Shown here: positions 58,901 to 64,000 of the stretch, piece by piece
How positions within the stretch are numbered: position 1 is the first letter of the stretch
Layout: each line of letters begins with the position of its first letter
NCBI GenBank assembly: GCA_964106915.2
Contig: OZ066917.1
Strand: one strand, 5' to 3'
DNA from: Podarcis gaigeae
Lineage: Eukaryota
Length of the DNA stretch: 64,000 nt
Notes under the pieces: model-generated
Databases searched by the model: none
The model's input: only the letters and a program-made list of their open reading frames with translations
What the model was told of the DNA's origin: nothing
Translations under genes and position numbers: made by a program

Positions 58901-61900
58901 ATGCATAGCTTGTAACTCTTAAGATAAAAGTACTTAAACATCAATGTTTTACATTTTATAACCTGTATTTCTTAAAAATCTTTAGCGGAACAGAATTTGC
59001 TTGTTTTTCTTGTTGTGTCTGAAGGTTACCATTTAGACTTCTAACTCGTGAATAAACAACCTTTAAAGTAAAGCTGTGTCTTCTGAATACCGCCTGTGAA
59101 ACTCTGTGCATACGTGTAATAATAAAAGGCCTGTGATACTTTCTAAGCTTTCATTGGCTGGTTTTCTTCCTCTGATGCTTGTTTTAACTGGTGGCGGTTT
59201 CCTTCACTCAACAGTGCTCTGTGAAGAGCTGCATTACTGCCTTTCATGTCACGTGTGCCTTTGAGCATAGCCTGGAGATGAAAACAATCCTGGATGATGG
59301 CGATGAAGTCAAGTTCAAGTCGTACTGTCTAAAACATAGCAAAACCAAGCAGAGCTTGATGCCCGACGCAGACGTTAATCCCAAGAGCACAGCAGACCAG
59401 AAGCAGACCGAGAGCGAGAAAACCAGTTTGCGTGCTCAGAAACTTCGGGAGCTGGAGGAGGAGTTCTACTCCCTAGTGAGGATTGATGACGTCGCAGCAG
59501 AACTCGGCCTCCCTAAACTCACTGTGGACTTGATCTATAATTACTGGAAACTAAAACGGAAAAGTAACTTTAATAAACCATTATTTCCTCCCAGGGAGGA
59601 TGAAGAAAACGGCTTGGTTCAGCCAAAAGAAGATAGCATTCATACTCGAATGAGGATGTTCATGCATTTGAGGCAGGATCTGGAGAGGGTAAGGAGGAGG
59701 GGGGGGGAGTGACGAAAAATACCCTTATAAAGTAGTTCACTGCAACAGGAATCGGGAAGGGGCAGATCAATCCAACACCGTAGTGCTTATTTCTTCTTAT
59801 TCTGTCTCCAGCAAGTTCATCACTGTACGCCACAATCTGACAGCCTCCAGATTCGACTATTGCAATGCGCTCTATGTGCCCCTACCGTTGAAGGCTATTT
59901 GGAAACTGCAACTGGTCCAAAATGCAGCAGCCAGATTACTGGCTGATGTTCCATTTTAGAGCTCTTACAACCTCAATTTAAAAAACAGCTGCTGTGGTTG
60001 CCATTCCCCACCCCCCAAGGTCCACATCACGGTACTCACATTTGTGTTTAAAGCTCTAAGTGACTTGCACCCTGAACAGCTGAAAGACCACCTTGGGTGT
60101 TAAAATTTGGCAAAGGGCACTGTCTTGGTAGTACTTCCGCCTTCAGAAGTGCAGGGAATGGTGGCCCAGGAAAGGGCTTTTTTCCTTTCCTGTGGCAGCT
60201 CTTCATTATACAGTATTTTTGCTGTACGCTGAAGATGCACCTCTTTGTCCTGACCTTGGCAGTTCAGGCAACCCATCTCTTCTGCTAAATCGATAATGTT
60301 CTGTTCTGTCTGGAACGGCTTTACTTGTTTTTATTGCCACATCTGTTTTTATCTATTTTTTAAATAATTGTATATTGTATTGTTGTAACCCTCCCTGGGG
60401 TCCTATGAGGAACAGTGGGTAAGAAATCAAGTAAGTAAGTACATAATGGAGGCTGGTGGAGAGAAGAAACAGGAATGGCAAGAAGCTAAGTAGAAGTAGG
60501 GTCAGCCAGATTCTGGGTTCATCCTACGACTTGTGGTGTGCCATGCTACTCTGCTGTATGGCCCATATGTCAGCTGATGCTGTGTGGAGGCTTATGCTGT
60601 GCATGGCTGTTCTCCTGTAGCAGTCACCAGGTTTCTTTCCTCAAGTGTCAAGATGAGGTTTCTCCTTCATTACAACACTCAATTACAGTCGGAGGAGGCT
60701 GATTCTGCCGGTGCTTTGCCCATTGGCTCATTTGCATGCTTGAGATGGGGTCAGCATTACTGATGGGTCCATAATATTGACTCTAGTAAGGAGGCTACAG
60801 TAGAGCCTATTAAGGATCCTCCGCAGGCATCATCCTAATTATACAGCTGTGGCTTTAGGAACCTTCTACCTGCTAAACAGGGAGACTAGCTCAGACCAAG
60901 AAGTCAATAGCCACCTGATAACCTTTTCGTTGTGAATTTTAAAAAGCACTCGAGAATGTTTTGTGGGTGGATGGTTCAGAAGGGACTAGAGTTAACGTTG
61001 AGTATATCGAAGGCAAAACGGAGAAAGAGGTCAAGCGTTAACATTGCAATATGAATAATAAAACATGCAGATTATTTAAGTACAGTGGTAACCTCGGGTT
61101 ACATACGCTTCAAGTTACAGACTCCACTAACCCAGAAATAGTGCTTCAGGTTAAGAACTTTGCTTCAGGATGAGAACAGAAGTCGTGCTACGGCAGCACG
61201 GCGGCAGCAGGAGGCCCCATTAGGCTAAAGTGGTTCTTTTTTTTTTTGTTTTTTCGCTGTAGGTAAGAAATCTTTGCTACATGGTAAGCAGAAGAGAGAA
61301 GTTAAAACTTTCTCACAGCAAAGCACATGAGCAGGTTTTCAATTTGCAAGTCCAGCTTATCAATCAGGAAATTGCTGCAGGTAAGGAATGCAAAATGAGC
61401 CTGGTTCAGATGATCATATCTGAGCTTTTTAAACAAATATATGCATGAACCTTTTTACTTGCACATGCAATCCCCCTTTCCTTATTTGTGTAAGCAGTGA
61501 TTAAGTCAGGAAGTAATTGACCTTAGTTTCCTGTTTTATCCAAACCAGGAAACTATAACTACCCTACTGAGAACAAATTGGAGTATTAAACCAGCTTGGA
61601 CTATGGTTTAATATCCTGGCATATTCGGAAGTTGATAACCATAGTTTCCTGATTAGGGCATAGCAAGAAAACATGGTATGGGTAATTGCAGACTTCTTGG
61701 TCTGATTGCAGTGTGACACAAAGGGTCTCTGTATGTGCAGGCAAAACACTTGTGTGTAACTTGGCTTAATAAGATGAGATGTGATTGTCCCAATATGACC
61801 ATGGCTACTTTAGATTTTTGCTATGTGTTGCTAGCTTCCAGAGCCTTTTTAAACATGCTTTTCTTGGATTGTTAATTATAAAATCCCCTTTCAGCTATTC

Positions 61901-63326
61901 CAGAAATATATCTTATGGGCTATCTATATGGTATAACTTTTTATTAATGCATTTGTTTACATTGCAGTAAATTTGTAAGTTGTGTTCTAGACATGAGTAA
62001 GAAGAATACACTAGAATATGCAAATACTACAAACTTAGTAATGTTTTCCTTCTACTATGTTCTTAAAATCCCATGCTCCTCTGTTCTGGGAAGGCTAGAT
62101 AGAGCCTTAGTATGTGACCAGGCATTCAATAAATATCTAGTAGCATATAATTTTTTAATGCTTTCTTGAATCTATTATCAAGGAAACATGGGAAAAGGAA
62201 CTTTCCTTAATTGCAAATGATATTATAAACTTACAGGTTGCTACATTTAAATAGTTCTAGAATAGGTGTATATTCCTGAATTGCAAGAAGTTGGACTAGG
62301 TGATCCACAGGGTCCCTTCTAACTCTGTGATTCTATTAAGTTCTGTGAAGATGTGCTGCATACATTTGCATGATGGAATCTGCCTCTTAAATAGATACCT
62401 TCTCACATACCCTTTTATTTTTCTCTATAGGCCATTCTCTGACAAGTGCACTGGAAAACACTCTGTTTTATCCACCTCCTAGAATCACCTTGAAGCTTAA
62501 GATGCCAAAATCAACATTAGGTGATTGCAAAAATAAATTGAAATCTGGTAAACCACTTTCTCCTGACAACAATGTCGTGGTTTACAGCAAAAAGGGTATT
62601 CCAGTATCCAAAGAGACTTTTGTTTCAAATATGAAAGCCTACTCGAGGTTTCAGCATGAGAACAGGAGCAATGGCTTACTGGGAGGGATGGTGAAGTCTA
62701 GGAATGAAGCAGCAAAGAATTCTGGACCTGCACATACATCAGACTTCCATCGCGGACAGTCGTCTGGCAAACCCTTAGCACTTCAAGCTGCATTGCATGG
62801 ACAGTCCTCCATTGGGAACGGGAAAATTCAGCAGCACTCTAATCTAGCAAAGTCTAATGGCTTAATGGGCAGAGTTGGGGACGTCACTCAGCGAGACAGC
62901 TCTAGCCAAACGACATACGAGCAGCAGTCTGCTCTCTCTGCCCACTTGGCTAGCCAGAGCAGCTTCAGGAAATCCACCATAGAACACTTTAGCAGGTCCT
63001 TCAAAGAAGCGACCAACAGTTTGGTGAGGACCACGGAAGATCTTAGATGCTGTGAAAAGCCCTCAAGAAGGCTGTCGATGAGAGAGCGTTCATGGGGCAA
63101 GCAAACTCTTGAATATCAGATGGGGAGTGCCCCCTACCAGGACAATGATGGGTATTGTCCCGATTTGGAACTCAGTGACTCTGAAGCTGAAAGCGATGAG
63201 AATAAAGGACAGATAAGACTGAGAAAAAGCAGCTCGGAGAGAGAGGTCCCAAGTAAAGACTTTAATAGAGATTGTCATAGTAGAAGTAAAAGAAATTTGA
63301 TTTCTCACAGTTCAGTACAAAGGTGA
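46865..63326 (+). CDS. JADE3: Protein Jade-3 (PHF16), HBO1/KAT7 complex scaffold: join(46865..46913,48844..48926,51299..51456,53543..53733,55200..55411,56676..56843,57037..57153,59215..59688,61263..61380,62431..63326), 821 aa
   Basis: [15 protein letters not shown]-terminus, EPL1-like domain ([26 protein letters not shown]), PHD1-Zn knuckle-PHD2 module, [22 protein letters not shown]-terminus HSSVQR*. All introns are GT-AG with consistent phases; 2466 nt; position after RP2 matches known synteny. Confidence 0.96.
48170..48625 (-). mobile_element. L1/Tx1-like LINE 3' fragment
   Basis: The minus strand encodes a degenerate ORF2 end, [20 protein letters not shown]...[33 protein letters not shown], followed by an A-rich tail. 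Confidence 0.65.
48844..48926 (+). CDS. JADE3: JADE3 exon 3
   Basis: cag|GTCCTTCT; [28 protein letters not shown]; donor GAG|GTGAGA. Confidence 0.92.
51299..51456 (+). CDS. JADE3: JADE3 exon 4
   Basis: [17 protein letters not shown]...[23 protein letters not shown]; GT-AG flanks. Confidence 0.95.
52122..52497 (+). mobile_element. Sauria SINE
   Basis: Same head, core and tail as the other copies. Confidence 0.88.
53543..53733 (+). CDS. JADE3: JADE3 exon 5
   Basis: [18 protein letters not shown]...[23 protein letters not shown]; GT-AG flanks. Confidence 0.95.
54084..54137. repeat. Perfect 27-bp tandem duplication
   Basis: CTTAATTGTATTTGCTAATACTCAGAT twice. Confidence 0.95.
55200..55411 (+). 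CDS. JADE3: JADE3 exon 6 (start of PHD1)
   Basis: [11 protein letters not shown]...[40 protein letters not shown]; GT-AG flanks. Confidence 0.96.
55465..55705 (+). mobile_element. Tc1/mariner-type MITE, family B
   Basis: TA|CAATGGAACCTTGGTTCTCGAA...TTCGAGAACCAAGGTACCACTG|TA. Confidence 0.82.
56676..56843 (+). CDS. JADE3: JADE3 exon 7
   Basis: [18 protein letters not shown]...[13 protein letters not shown]; GT-AG flanks. Confidence 0.96.
57037..57153 (+). CDS. JADE3: JADE3 exon 8
   Basis: [39 protein letters not shown]; GT-AG flanks. Confidence 0.95.
57310..57646 (+). mobile_element. Sauria SINE with TSD
   Basis: Typical body, flanked on both sides by TTTATATTTTAAG(GA). Confidence 0.88.
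58016..58229 (-). mobile_element. Tc1/mariner-type MITE, family A (inverted copy)
   Basis: Reverse complement of the copies at 23494, 44253 and 45708. Confidence 0.85.
59215..59688 (+). CDS. JADE3: JADE3 exon 9
   Basis: [16 protein letters not shown]...[14 protein letters not shown]...[11 protein letters not shown]; donor AGG|GTAAGG. Confidence 0.96.
59820..60430 (+). mobile_element. L2 LINE 3' fragment
   Basis: Degenerate [31 protein letters not shown], followed by an L2-type 3' end. Confidence 0.7.
61083..61234 (-). mobile_element. Truncated Tc1/mariner-type MITE, family A, abutting the JADE3 exon-10 polypyrimidine tract
   Basis: Colinear with the copy at 58016 up to GGCCCCATTAGGCTAAAGTGGT, then the sequence switches directly to the T-tract. 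Confidence 0.85.
61263..61380 (+). CDS. JADE3: JADE3 exon 10
   Basis: [39 protein letters not shown]; donor CAG|GTAAGG. Confidence 0.95.
62431..63326 (+). CDS. JADE3: JADE3 exon 11, coding part (last exon; the 3' UTR runs off the window)
   Basis: Acceptor ctctatag|GCCATT; [26 protein letters not shown]...[17 protein letters not shown]...HSSVQR*. Confidence 0.94.
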
Positions 63327-64000
63327 TTAGAAACCCCGGATAATGGGAATAGCTCAGCCTTCGTATGTCCAAGATTATTGATGCAAACCTTAGGAAATCT
63401 GCAGGTTACAGTGTAGGATCTGTGAGCAAATGACGAACTTGCTTTTTTTTAAGTGGTGAATTGGTTTACCCTTTTTTGAAAAGATTGTTAATTGGGTTTT
63501 TTTCCTATAAGTGCTATATAAGTAAAGGTTACTTTGAATATCACTTGCAGAAATAGTTTTATATATCCACTTCCCCGGTCTACGGAAATGTATTGTGTTC
63601 AGCTTTGTACCAGTGGGCAGGTATTCCAAAAAGCCCATCCTTCTGTGACAATCTGCAAGAAGATGGAACAGGCGATTCTTGCTGCAATTTCAGTATAATA
63701 TCTCTTCATGAGAACACTTAAGCAATCTCTTACCCCCCCTTTTTTTTTTAAGGAATTTAAAAGGCAAAACTGTATTTTGAAATAATGGTGCTTGCTTAAT
63801 TGTTTTTGTTTGTTTGTTTTGGTCTGGATTGGGACATATGACTACTAGACAGAAATCATGTTCTCAGCCAATTTCAGAACAGGTGGTATGATTCTGAAGG
63901 TAAATACTCTTTTAACTTCTAGTATTTTTTTATTTTATTTTTTAATCCTCGTGTACATAGTAGTTTGTTGTGGGTTGCACTTGCAGAATATTTTAGCCAG

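Overview
Vertebrate genomic DNA from a squamate reptile, most likely a lacertid lizard judging by the Sauria SINE, Squam3 and MITE content. The window holds the conserved SLC9A7-RP2-JADE3 block. SLC9A7/NHE7 is on the minus strand, with exon 1 and about 11 kb of intron 1 present. RP2 is complete on the plus strand (5 coding exons, 361 aa), as is the JADE3/PHF16 coding region (10 coding exons plus non-coding first exon(s), 821 aa). Each gene starts in a CpG island. The introns carry many Sauria SINEs, Tc1/mariner-type and hAT MITEs, CR1/L2/L1 fragments and one truncated LTR retrotransposon. The most notable observations are: (1) a 55-bp near-perfect hairpin in SLC9A7 intron 1; (2) a candidate poison exon in the same intron; (3) an LTR whose tRNA-Ser primer-binding site appears to extend to about 35 nt, past the m1A58 position; (4) a JADE3 exon-10 acceptor whose branch-point region is supplied by a truncated MITE, with regenerated 5' splice sites and several routes to a JADE1S-like short JADE3; (5) uORFs plus an overlapping out-of-frame AUG on the JADE3 leader; (6) RFX X-box candidates for the ciliary gene RP2. 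All gene and repeat identities come from motif recognition, not database searches.
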